A DNA stretch of 39,504 bases from a virus (IMGVR_UViG_3300030433_001675:1-39504), one strand, 5' to 3'; positions 1-7,332 are shown, counted from the stretch's first letter. The notes: generated from the letters alone by a model not told the origin. A program made the numbers and translations.

Positions 1-99
1 TCGGACCCCGTGTACCGGATCTGCACTGAGCGTTGCGACGGCGATGACTGGGACTGCCTGTTCCAAGTGCTCGAGCACGGGACCGTCATCTACGGCTGA
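1..99 (+). CDS. 3' part of an early hypothetical protein that spans the window junction (continues from 39175..39504)
   Basis: Frame 1 reads SDPVYRICTERCDGDDWDCLFQVLEHGTVIYG then TGA (97-99). It is in frame with the 110 open codons at 39175..39504 and has the same C-ending codon style. Confidence 0.75.
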   Translation, partial: SDPVYRICTERCDGDDWDCLFQVLEHGTVIYG

Positions 100-100
100 T

Positions 101-137
101 CACGACCCCCCACCTGTCCCCTCCTCGGAGGGGGCGG
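101..137 (+). repeat. 37-bp direct repeat copy 1, containing a GC-rich stem-loop
   Basis: CACGACCCCCCACCTGTCCCCTCCTCGGAGGGGGCGG, 35/37 identical to 468-504; lies directly after the stop at 99. Confidence 0.9.
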
Positions 138-171
138 GATGAGGAGCCCTGATTATTTCAAAGTATTATGC

Positions 172-199
172 TTGACAACGATCAATTGCACCTTACAAT
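172..199 (+). promoter_or_regulatory. sigma70-type early promoter
   Basis: TTGACA (172-177), 16-nt spacer, TACAAT (194-199), with an AT-rich tract upstream; followed by a small hairpin and GGAGAACTGACC-ATG. Confidence 0.7.
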
Positions 200-233
200 G
201 ATTTCGGGCGATTGTGCCCACGGAGAACTGACC

Positions 234-461
234 ATGACCAACGTAAGAATCACCATTCACAGCAACGAGTACCAAGCCATCTGCGACGCAGTCCAATGCG
301 TGCAGGAGCAACTCGATGTCCTCAACGAGGGCGTGGACAACCAGTCCAACGTCGATGGCTACATCGACCAGCAGGGCATCGACGATGCGATCATCTGCAA
401 AGAGCGAACCATGATGGTTCTGCAAGACCTTCGCACACGCCTCGAGGTTCCACTTGACTGA
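234..461 (+). CDS. early hypothetical protein (75 aa, acidic, helical)
   Basis: ATG at 234 follows GGAGAACTGACC; the longer ORF-track start (168) lies at the promoter and is unlikely. Confidence 0.75.
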   Translation: MTNVRITIHSNEYQAICDAVQCVQEQLDVLNEGVDNQSNVDGYIDQQGIDDAIICKERTMMVLQDLRTRLEVPLD

Positions 462-467
462 GACTCG

Positions 468-504
468 CACGATCCCCCACCTGTCCCCTCTTCGGAGGGG
501 GCGG
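468..504 (+). repeat. 37-bp direct repeat copy 2, stem-loop with a cUUCGg loop
   Basis: CACGATCCCCCACCTGTCCCCTCTTCGGAGGGGGCGG; begins 7 nt after the stop at 461. Confidence 0.9.
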
Positions 505-539
505 ACTGGGCGACCCTGCCCCAACACTGGAGAACTACC

Positions 540-860
540 ATGACCAACACCTTTACACTCAAAAGCGGAACCAGCAAAGGCAACCGCCGCATCTGGATCG
601 AGGGCAACCGACTGCTCGAAGCCGGATGGACCAAAGGCACGCAACTTCACCGCATCATGGACGTGCAGGGCCATCCCGATTCCCTGATGCTCGTACGGGC
701 CGAGGGCAAGCACCGCATCAGCGGCAATGAAGGCCGACCCATCCTCGACATGACCGGAAAATGGGTCACCGAGTTCATGGGCTGCAGCGAGCATTTCCTC
801 GTGGAACTGACCGACGAACGAATCATCATCACCCCATGCGATACGAATCTGGAGGACTAA
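540..860 (+). CDS. hypothetical protein, SymE/AbrB-like swapped-hairpin pattern
   Basis: RBS GGAGAACTACC-ATG; motifs RIWIEGNRLLEAGW.KG and RPILDMTGKWV resemble the SymE-type 'L.G.WL..AGF..G' pattern. Confidence 0.6.
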   Translation: MTNTFTLKSGTSKGNRRIWIEGNRLLEAGWTKGTQLHRIMDVQGHPDSLMLVRAEGKHRISGNEGRPILDMTGKWVTEFMGCSEHFLVELTDERIIITPCDTNLED

Positions 861-862
861 GC

Positions 863-1387
863 ATGACCTACCCCGACTACGTGACTGACCCCAAACTGAT
901 CTCGCCCTGCGAGGTCGCATGCACCCAAGCCATCGAGTCGTACCTCGAACAGCGGGACATCGAGTTGCAGTTCTACACCGTGCAGTGCACGACGATGCGA
1001 TCAGACAAGCAGTACGAGCAGGACCACGGCCACCCACCGTTTGCGTTCACCATCGCCCCAGCCATCACCAACCGTGGGTGGTTCGAGCACTCCGAGTGCG
1101 GCGTGGCTGCGAAAAAGCACATCACTGCCTTGGCCAACGCCTTCGGCTGCGTGGTCGAGATCGAGTACCCGGAGACCCTGACAGCCTGCTGCTACGTCAT
1201 CCGTGTACGCATGAACGTGAAGCACTGGGAGTTGTGGTATCGCTACGACGAGCAGGACCGAGGCGTACGCTCACAGTGGGACGTGACCCACAAGGCGGAC
1301 GACACGTCCCCGGAGGACGAGGATGCAGCCTTCTATCAGGAGCGAACCGATAACATGATCTGGGGCCAGCCTGGCCTGGAGAGCTGA
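863..1387 (+). CDS. early hypothetical protein (174 aa)
   Basis: GGAGG (851-855) precedes ATG 863; coding-like codon usage. Confidence 0.75.
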   Translation: MTYPDYVTDPKLISPCEVACTQAIESYLEQRDIELQFYTVQCTTMRSDKQYEQDHGHPPFAFTIAPAITNRGWFEHSECGVAAKKHITALANAFGCVVEIEYPETLTACCYVIRVRMNVKHWELWYRYDEQDRGVRSQWDVTHKADDTSPEDEDAAFYQERTDNMIWGQPGLES

Positions 1388-1426
1388 AATAATTCTTTCG
1401 ATTTTTCCCGATTGCCATCAATTGTA

Positions 1427-1461
1427 TGGTATAATACACGCGAGCCCGAGGGGCTCAGGAG
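1427..1461 (+). promoter_or_regulatory. extended -10 promoter with leader hairpin and SD
   Basis: TGgTATAAT (1427-1435) in an AT-rich gap, hairpin GAGCCC-GAG-GGGCTC (1442-1456), then AGGAG; near-copy at 3463-3496. Confidence 0.7.
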
Positions 1462-1470
1462 ACCCGACCA

Positions 1471-1782
1471 ATGCAATACATCGAGATCATTCAAACACAG
1501 TCAGCCACCGTCGTCGAGACCGTCAAAGTCCGCGTGCAAGTCCCCGAAGGCATGACCCAAGAGGAGTTCCGGTATCACATCGACGACGAGGGGATCGCCT
1601 CTGAGTTCACTGAAGTCCACGAGGACGCTGCGTACATCCAGTACGACAACGACGACCCAGAGGATGGACCTGTGGCCCGAGAGGTGGAGGTGTTCGTGGG
1701 AACCGACACAGAGCGTGTGAAGATCGAGCGTTCGTTCGACTGGCACGACCCTGAAATCGAGATGAAGGACGTGACCAAATGA
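1471..1782 (+). CDS. early hypothetical protein, strongly acidic (103 aa)
   Basis: SD AGGAG upstream; D/E-rich; ATGA overlap with the next gene. Confidence 0.8.
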   Translation: MQYIEIIQTQSATVVETVKVRVQVPEGMTQEEFRYHIDDEGIASEFTEVHEDAAYIQYDNDDPEDGPVAREVEVFVGTDTERVKIERSFDWHDPEIEMKDVTK

Positions 1783-1988
1783 GCGAGCCAACCAAGAAAT
1801 TCATCGTGACCTCATCCCAAATCATCGAGGTTGTCAAGACGTGGGAGATCATCGTGCCTGACAACGAGGATGCCGAGGCTCTCGCCTACGAGATTGCCGA
1901 GGAGTGCGGGCCTGACAGCAACAACCACATCCCGGTGGAAGACATCGAGACCGAGTGGTCCATCAAAGAGGTGGAGACCTTCCGATGA
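1779..1988 (+). CDS. early hypothetical protein, strongly acidic (69 aa)
   Basis: ATGA overlaps on both sides; E-rich. Confidence 0.75.
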   Translation: MSEPTKKFIVTSSQIIEVVKTWEIIVPDNEDAEALAYEIAEECGPDSNNHIPVEDIETEWSIKEVETFR

Positions 1989-2197
1989 CCAAGTTCACAG
2001 TTTTCACCCGCACATGGTGGCGAGAGAACCCAGACTGGCCCGATGGCCTAGAGCCCTGCATCGGGCCGAAGCGGATCATCGGTCGCTGCCAGACCATCGA
2101 GCAGGCACGGGAGATGTGCCGCCAGTACAACGAGACCACGGGCCAGACCAAAGCCAATCTGCGACTGTCCCGCAAAGCAGAATTCATGGAGAACTGA
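1985..2197 (+). CDS. small phage hypothetical protein (FTRTWW..NP.WP.GLEP motif)
   Basis: ATGA overlap at 1985-1988 with GGAG upstream; I recall this motif from other phage hypothetical proteins. Confidence 0.75.
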   Translation: MTKFTVFTRTWWRENPDWPDGLEPCIGPKRIIGRCQTIEQAREMCRQYNETTGQTKANLRLSRKAEFMEN

Positions 2198-2199
2198 CA

Positions 2200-2856
2200 A
2201 TGAATAGCACCGAACCAATCTGGACCATCAAGAAGTACCGCTCATGCGTTGGGCATGACGGGCAGGAGGCGTACTCCTTCGACCTGTATCGGCACAACCG
2301 ACTGTTCGCCCACTGCAACGACGATGCATGGGGCGGCGGATCAAACTGCCACTTCGCAGCCAAGCGGAAAGACGGCGAGCCCATGGACGTGTACAACGAG
2401 CGGCAGCAAGCCATGTTGGAGGTCGGCATGGCCTACCTCTGGAACCATGTGCTCAGCCGCAAGGACAAGATCGCATGGCAGACCAGCCCGCATGAGGTGG
2501 CACTTGATGAGCCCCTGACTTGGGATCAGGTCAAGGCTGACAGCAGTGGCGTGTTCCTAAGTTGCTTTCAGGACGAGTTCTTCAATCACCTCATCGAGCG
2601 TCACCTGCACCGAGAGTGGATCAAGAAGCAGTCCCGCACCCACTACCTGTATCGCTGCCTTGGCGACGAGCCACAGTCTTGGCGGCGGGTCAAGCGGACT
2701 GTACCGATCCGTGACCCACGCAATGGATACTTCGAGGGGCTGTTCATTGACATGCTCAAGATCAAACTTGCCGAGGATGGGAACACCTTGGAGCGGACTG
2801 CTGGCCTGCGTGATCGGCCCAACCTTGGAGCACCCGACCCATGTACCGCGCTCTAA
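2200..2856 (+). CDS. early hypothetical protein (218 aa)
   Basis: GGAGAACTGACA-ATG at 2200 matches the recurrent early RBS; the ORF-track start (1831) overlaps other genes. Confidence 0.75.
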   Translation: MNSTEPIWTIKKYRSCVGHDGQEAYSFDLYRHNRLFAHCNDDAWGGGSNCHFAAKRKDGEPMDVYNERQQAMLEVGMAYLWNHVLSRKDKIAWQTSPHEVALDEPLTWDQVKADSSGVFLSCFQDEFFNHLIERHLHREWIKKQSRTHYLYRCLGDEPQSWRRVKRTVPIRDPRNGYFEGLFIDMLKIKLAEDGNTLERTAGLRDRPNLGAPDPCTAL

Positions 2857-3467
2857 TTGCTTGTGAATTCTCAGGGATCGTGCGTGATGCGATCCGAGCT
2901 CGGCCCGGCTGGGAGGCACTGTCCTGTGACCTGCTGCCCAGCGAGAAGCCGGGGCCACACTGGGAGGGTGATGTCCAGCAGTTGCTGCTGAACGCGCCTA
3001 ACCACTACGACCTGATGGTGGCCCACCCCCCATGCACTCACCTTGCAGTGAGCGGGGCTCGGTGGTTCAAGGACAAGGTCGAGGAGCAGAAGGAGGCACT
3101 GGCTTTCGTGCAGATGCTGATGAATGCTGACGTACCACATATCGCCTTGGAAAATCCAATCTCTGTCATCTCATCCAAGATCCGCAAGCCTGACCAAATC
3201 GTCCAGCCATGGATGTTCGGCCACGGTGAGACCAAGGCCACCTGCTGGTGGTTGAAGAACCTGCCCAAACTGGAGCCCACCGATGTGGTCGAAGGCAGGG
3301 AAGGTCGGGTCTGGAAGATGAGCCCAAGCGAGAACCGTTGGAAGGAGAGGAGCAGGACATTCCCTGGCCTGGCCCAAGCCATCGCTGATCAGTGGTGCTC
3401 ACACGTTGAAAAAAATTATGAAACAAAATCCGAAGAATCTTCTGAATCACAAGATCATACTGTATAA
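2841..3467 (+). CDS. orphan DNA cytosine-5 methyltransferase-like protein (short phage type)
   Basis: LIACEFSG (motif I variant), SCDLLP, GDV, catalytic HPPCT (motif IV), LENP (motif VI), C-terminal RSRTFPGLAQAIADQW. Confidence 0.8.
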   Translation: MYRALIACEFSGIVRDAIRARPGWEALSCDLLPSEKPGPHWEGDVQQLLLNAPNHYDLMVAHPPCTHLAVSGARWFKDKVEEQKEALAFVQMLMNADVPHIALENPISVISSKIRKPDQIVQPWMFGHGETKATCWWLKNLPKLEPTDVVEGREGRVWKMSPSENRWKERSRTFPGLAQAIADQWCSHVEKNYETKSEESSESQDHTV

Positions 3468-3503
3468 TAACACACGAGCCCGAGGGGCTAAGGAGAACTG
3501 ACC
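3463..3503 (+). promoter_or_regulatory. early promoter -10 with leader hairpin and SD
   Basis: TATAAT (3463-3468), ACACACGAGCCCGAGGGGCT hairpin, AGGAGAACTGACC; near-copy of 1430-1462. Confidence 0.65.
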
Positions 3504-3962
3504 ATGCCAAACTGGTGCGTAAACAGCGTTGATATCGAAGGCCCCGCAGCGGCCATGAACCACTTCTTGGACACCTACTGTGAGCGTGATCCAGAGAACG
3601 AGAACCTTTGCCGGATCTGCTTCGTCAAGGTCATCCCCATCGAGCAGATGCCTGACGAGGAGGGCCAGATCAGAGGCTTTGCACAGGTCGAACATCAGAC
3701 CGAACGCTGGGGCTGCAAGTGGGACACCGACGGGGACTTCAGGCTGGAGATCAGCAGGGTGTCCCGACCCCTCGCAGGGGACGACGGAGAATCTGTAGAT
3801 GAGATCCAAATCTGCGGGTACATGGACACGCCTTGGGGTCCGCCTGAGCATGTGGTCGAACGCATCCGCAAGATGTTCTCCACCGACCCCAAACTGGCTG
3901 GCTGCTTCATGAACGAGTGGTTCTACAAGGAGCCGGGTATGGAACTGTCGGGGTGGCTTTGA
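3504..3962 (+). CDS. DUF1281/YubB ferredoxin-like fold protein
   Basis: Motifs MPNWC.N, WGCKWD, DTPWGPP and YKEPGM. Confidence 0.75.
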   Translation: MPNWCVNSVDIEGPAAAMNHFLDTYCERDPENENLCRICFVKVIPIEQMPDEEGQIRGFAQVEHQTERWGCKWDTDGDFRLEISRVSRPLAGDDGESVDEIQICGYMDTPWGPPEHVVERIRKMFSTDPKLAGCFMNEWFYKEPGMELSGWL

Positions 3963-3964
3963 TC

Positions 3965-4285
3965 ATGAGCCTCACCTTCCCCCAACAGCGAGAGAACATC
4001 GAGAACCGCAAGTCTGTCTACGGTCTGGAGTGGGTCATGGTGCAAGCCTTCACCCACAACCGATCACCCGAGGACTGCATCGAGATGTTGCTGGAGACCG
4101 AGCAAAGCATGATGGCGATCCTTCGATCCCTTCAGAAGTGCAGGTCATTCAGATGCTCACCGACCCACACGCGGGACTACCAACAGTGGCGTTGGTGGAC
4201 TGACCGATTCGAGTTCAAACTCAGGTGGGTGCAGGCGACAGGACAAGCGGACAAATACTTCCAAGCAAAGGAACAACACCAATGA
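3965..4285 (+). CDS. hypothetical protein (106 aa)
   Basis: ATG 2 nt after the upstream stop; ATGA overlap downstream. Confidence 0.65.
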   Translation: MSLTFPQQRENIENRKSVYGLEWVMVQAFTHNRSPEDCIEMLLETEQSMMAILRSLQKCRSFRCSPTHTRDYQQWRWWTDRFEFKLRWVQATGQADKYFQAKEQHQ

Positions 4286-4905
4286 ACTTCATCAAAGAGA
4301 AAGCAATGAACCGCCTGCTGGAATCGCTGGCCGACATGCCCTGCACCAGGCCATCCCCACACGGCGTGCATTGCACCGGGGGTGGGGAGTATGCCTGCCA
4401 CCGATACGAGTACCCGGACAGCAACGGTGATGGGTACGACGTGCATGCCCGGAACCGAGAAGACGCTCAGGCCATGTACGAATTGCAGGACATGATCGAC
4501 TATGACGACGAAGAGATCGTGGACTTGTGCGAGCAGCCGCTCGGATTGCCTGAGCCTGCGTACCATCAGGACCCTAACTGGGACAGATTCCCTGACGGCA
4601 ACTTCCCGCAGCAAGTACCCTTCTCAATCAGCGAGCGGGACATGATGCTCCGCCTGTTCGATGGGTACTACGCAAGGCTTGAGGCTGACGTGCGTAAGTT
4701 CTACGAACACATCGAGGAGATGCACTCCGGTGACTTCAAGTTCGCAGCGGGTCGTGTCCTCAAGATGTACCAGATTCGCATGCTGCAATTCAAGCTCAAG
4801 AAACTGTCTGCCCACTGGCGTGATTGGAAGAAATGTAGAGAGCAAGACGATATTGCAGAAGCCAACGCATTGAATGAAGACTTTCGTAAAGGAGAAATCA
4901 GATGA
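4282..4905 (+). CDS. hypothetical protein (207 aa)
   Basis: AAGGA upstream of ATG 4282; ATGA overlaps at both ends. Confidence 0.7.
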   Translation: MNFIKEKAMNRLLESLADMPCTRPSPHGVHCTGGGEYACHRYEYPDSNGDGYDVHARNREDAQAMYELQDMIDYDDEEIVDLCEQPLGLPEPAYHQDPNWDRFPDGNFPQQVPFSISERDMMLRLFDGYYARLEADVRKFYEHIEEMHSGDFKFAAGRVLKMYQIRMLQFKLKKLSAHWRDWKKCREQDDIAEANALNEDFRKGEIR

Positions 4906-5174
4906 CCACCACTAACGAGAACACATCAAAGCCTTACCTTGGCCTGCGGGTCAGCCAAACCATCCTCGATCAACTGGATGTGTGGGCCGAGCATGAGGCA
5001 GCACGGATCATGGAGGCTGCTGGCGGAGTGGAGATTCTTTTCTCCCGAGCTGAAATCGCACGCAGCATCCTGATGAACGCCATCAATCGTGAGATGAACG
5101 ATGGCACAGACCTGGGCAAACAGTTGGCAAAGATTGCCAGCGTTGGCCTTGCTCGACCCGAAGGGGCTGAGTAA
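4902..5174 (+). CDS. ribbon-helix-helix (Arc/CopG-like) DNA-binding protein
   Basis: SD AAGGAG; beta strand YLGLRVS, helix QTILDQLDVWA, and second helix SRAEIARSILMNAI, with an insertion between the helices. Confidence 0.6.
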   Translation: MTTTNENTSKPYLGLRVSQTILDQLDVWAEHEAARIMEAAGGVEILFSRAEIARSILMNAINREMNDGTDLGKQLAKIASVGLARPEGAE

Positions 5175-5181
5175 ACTCCCC

Positions 5182-5344
5182 GAACTACTTTGGTCGGTAG
5201 TTCTCTCCGAGGGGGGTGTTCGCACGCCCTCCTTGGATTAGCCCCCTATAAGGCCCGCATTGCTTTATTGCGGAGGGGGCGACAACCCACCCTTCGCTTG
5301 GCGGCAGCATCCACCCGCTGCCGTCAGGCTTAGCCCAACCGGGC
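5182..5344 (+). other. highly structured intergenic element (five consecutive hairpins); candidate cis-regulatory RNA or ncRNA
   Basis: Stems: 5182-5188/5197-5203; 5206-5218/5223-5237 (UUCG loop); 5241-5247/5274-5280 enclosing 5255-5259/5269-5273; 5299-5308/5317-5326; 5333-5336/5341-5344. Confidence 0.55.
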
Positions 5345-5363
5345 GACATCTAAGGAGATACCA

Positions 5364-6206
5364 ATGACCGATCCAAAGTATGGGGTGTATTCCCCTGACC
5401 AACTATCAAATTCTGCATACCACGCCATCGGTTTGCCTTGGGCATCAGCCCACCGCTTGGCTACGTTCTCAAGATGGGGCGCAGCCACCGTGACGTACGG
5501 AGTGGACAACCCTGAGCCACCATCCAGCGCCATGGTGTTGGGCTCTGCAATGCACAGTCGCATACTGACCCCGAAGCATTTCAAGAACGAGTTCAAGGTG
5601 TGGACTGGTGACCGACGCACCAAGGTCGGCAAAGAGCAGTGGGCTCAGTTCCAACTGACGCTGGGCCAAGCTGAGGTTCTCACCAAAGACCAAGCCAATC
5701 AGGTGGACGCCATGGCTGACTCGGTCTTCACCCACCCGACACTTGGGCCAATGGTCATGGACTCGATCACGCACGACAGTGCGGAGCAGTCCATGTTCGC
5801 TGACATCAACGGGGTCAACTGCAAGGGTAGGATCGACGCCTTGTGCGACACGCCCATGGGTGTATGCCTGCTCGACCTGAAGACCAGCAGTCGTTCACTG
5901 TCCGTCGATGACTTGGTTCGGACGTGTGCCAACTACGGGTACGTCGAGCAACTGGCCTTGTACCTGCGGCTCTGCACCGAGTGTGGCATCAATGTCCACC
6001 GCGTCATGATCGGATTCGTCGGATCAAACCCACCATACCCCGTGCGTGTTTGCGAAATCACAACGGATTGGCTGGATGCTGCGTCCAAAGTAAACGATGT
6101 ACGACTTCACGAATGGAAGACTGCGGACTGGGACTGTCCCGAAGACCACGTCGAACCAATCGCTGATCTTGAAATGCCTGCATGGTATGGGAGCAATGTG
6201 GAATGA
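5364..6206 (+). CDS. PD-(D/E)XK exonuclease, RecE/exonuclease VIII-like (DUF3799 type)
   Basis: SD TAAGGAG; motifs AMVLGSAMH, KGRID, LLDLKT, YGY..QLALY and PPY. Confidence 0.85.
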   Translation: MTDPKYGVYSPDQLSNSAYHAIGLPWASAHRLATFSRWGAATVTYGVDNPEPPSSAMVLGSAMHSRILTPKHFKNEFKVWTGDRRTKVGKEQWAQFQLTLGQAEVLTKDQANQVDAMADSVFTHPTLGPMVMDSITHDSAEQSMFADINGVNCKGRIDALCDTPMGVCLLDLKTSSRSLSVDDLVRTCANYGYVEQLALYLRLCTECGINVHRVMIGFVGSNPPYPVRVCEITTDWLDAASKVNDVRLHEWKTADWDCPEDHVEPIADLEMPAWYGSNVE

Positions 6207-6589
6207 TTACTCTGATCTCAATTGTCATCGGCCTGACCGATCTCACCAAGTACGAAGATGCAACGTGGCTCGTTGAGTCCAGCCGCAAAGAGGGAATGAT
6301 CTGGGGAGACCAAGGCCGCAGCCTCGGCCCTCTGCAAATCTCCAAAGCGTGCTGGCAAGATGCCTTGGAATTTGACCCCAGCATCGGCGGGACATACCTT
6401 GACTGCCAACACTTGGACTACAGCATCAAGATCATGCGAGCTTACCTCGCCCGCTACTGCACCGAGCGGAGACTCGGTCGGAAGCCAACTGACTTTGACC
6501 GTGCCAGAACCTGGGTCGGTGGACCCCGTGGACCATGGCGTGAATCTTCTATCCCCTACGCTAAGAAAATCATGGGAGCAATGAAATGA
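6203..6589 (+). CDS. lysozyme-like protein (invertebrate-type/destabilase-like motif)
   Basis: ATGA overlap; VESS (catalytic Glu position), GDQGRSLGPLQISKACWQDA, C-terminal W.GGP.G; short hydrophobic N-terminus. Confidence 0.7.
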   Translation: MITLISIVIGLTDLTKYEDATWLVESSRKEGMIWGDQGRSLGPLQISKACWQDALEFDPSIGGTYLDCQHLDYSIKIMRAYLARYCTERRLGRKPTDFDRARTWVGGPRGPWRESSIPYAKKIMGAMK

Positions 6590-7332
6590 CTGCACCGAAA
6601 CCAATCATCCAAAACATCAAAGGCAAGGACTACGAAGTCGTTGCCAGCCGCCTCGCTCGGTTCCGCTACGATCACCCTGAGCGTGCCGTCCTGACCGAAT
6701 GCATCCACAACGGTGAAGAGCGAGTGGTGTACAAGGCCACCATCTGTGACGAGAATCACTTGCCCATCGCAGTCGGCCATGCCGAGGAGTACCGCAATGC
6801 AGGCATGATCAACAAGACCTCGGCCACTGAGAACTGTGAGACATCAGCCATCGGTCGTGCCTTGGGCATCTTGGGCTATGATGTCTGCAACTCAATCGCT
6901 TCGGCTGATGAAGTCGAGCGAGCGATCTCTCAACAGGACTCTCGTCCTTTCTCTTCGTCTGCCCCAGCCCCCGCCGCTCCCTCCCACACGCCTGCACCAC
7001 CTCCAGCAGGCTCAGGGGGCGGGGCAGCAGGAGATATTCCTCCGGGCCACAGACTGGTTGAGCTTCGGAAATACTTTGAGAACGAAACCTCCAAGGGCAA
7101 GCCATACATCAAGGCGTTTGCCAAGGTGGATGGTCAGGACATGGACGTGTACGTCTGGGATGAATTCAACTTGCAAATCATCAAGGACAACTGCCCAGGC
7201 CAACTCGCTGCAACTGGTGAGTACGAAGAGTTCCGAGGCAAGACACGCTTCAAACTGGCTAACGCCCAGACCATTGAGGCAGCACCTGCACCACAGAAGG
7301 GAGCATTCGATGACTCAGAAATCCCATTCTAA
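6586..7332 (+). CDS. probable ssDNA-annealing/binding protein (Rad52/Sak-like N-domain, Pro-Ala linker, acidic DDSEIPF tail)
   Basis: IKGKDY..V..R, GHAEE and ENCETSAIGRAL motifs; lies near a RecE-like nuclease; SSB-like C-terminal tip. Confidence 0.6.
   Translation: MTAPKPIIQNIKGKDYEVVASRLARFRYDHPERAVLTECIHNGEERVVYKATICDENHLPIAVGHAEEYRNAGMINKTSATENCETSAIGRALGILGYDVCNSIASADEVERAISQQDSRPFSSSAPAPAAPSHTPAPPPAGSGGGAAGDIPPGHRLVELRKYFENETSKGKPYIKAFAKVDGQDMDVYVWDEFNLQIIKDNCPGQLAATGEYEEFRGKTRFKLANAQTIEAAPAPQKGAFDDSEIPF

Noticed and set aside
101-504. CRISPR-like array or attachment sites from the 37-bp repeats
   Set aside because: Only two copies, separated by 330 bp containing a gene; no cas or integrase gene recognised.
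153-1037. 294-aa minus-strand ORF (and similar antisense ORFs such as 39106..39477)
   Set aside because: Antisense shadow of well-supported + strand genes; no SD or family motif.
4902-5174. Lysogeny module or toxin-antitoxin pair around the RHH gene
   Set aside because: No integrase, ParA, CI/Cro pair or recognisable toxin nearby; lifestyle cannot be determined from the sequence.
5182-5344. tRNA or retron msr-msd
   Set aside because: No cloverleaf with D and T-loop consensus or CCA end, and no reverse transcriptase in the genome.
6836-7309. N-terminal extension of the 6836..7672 ORF
   Set aside because: Overlaps the annealase gene out of frame; the SD-supported start is at 7310.
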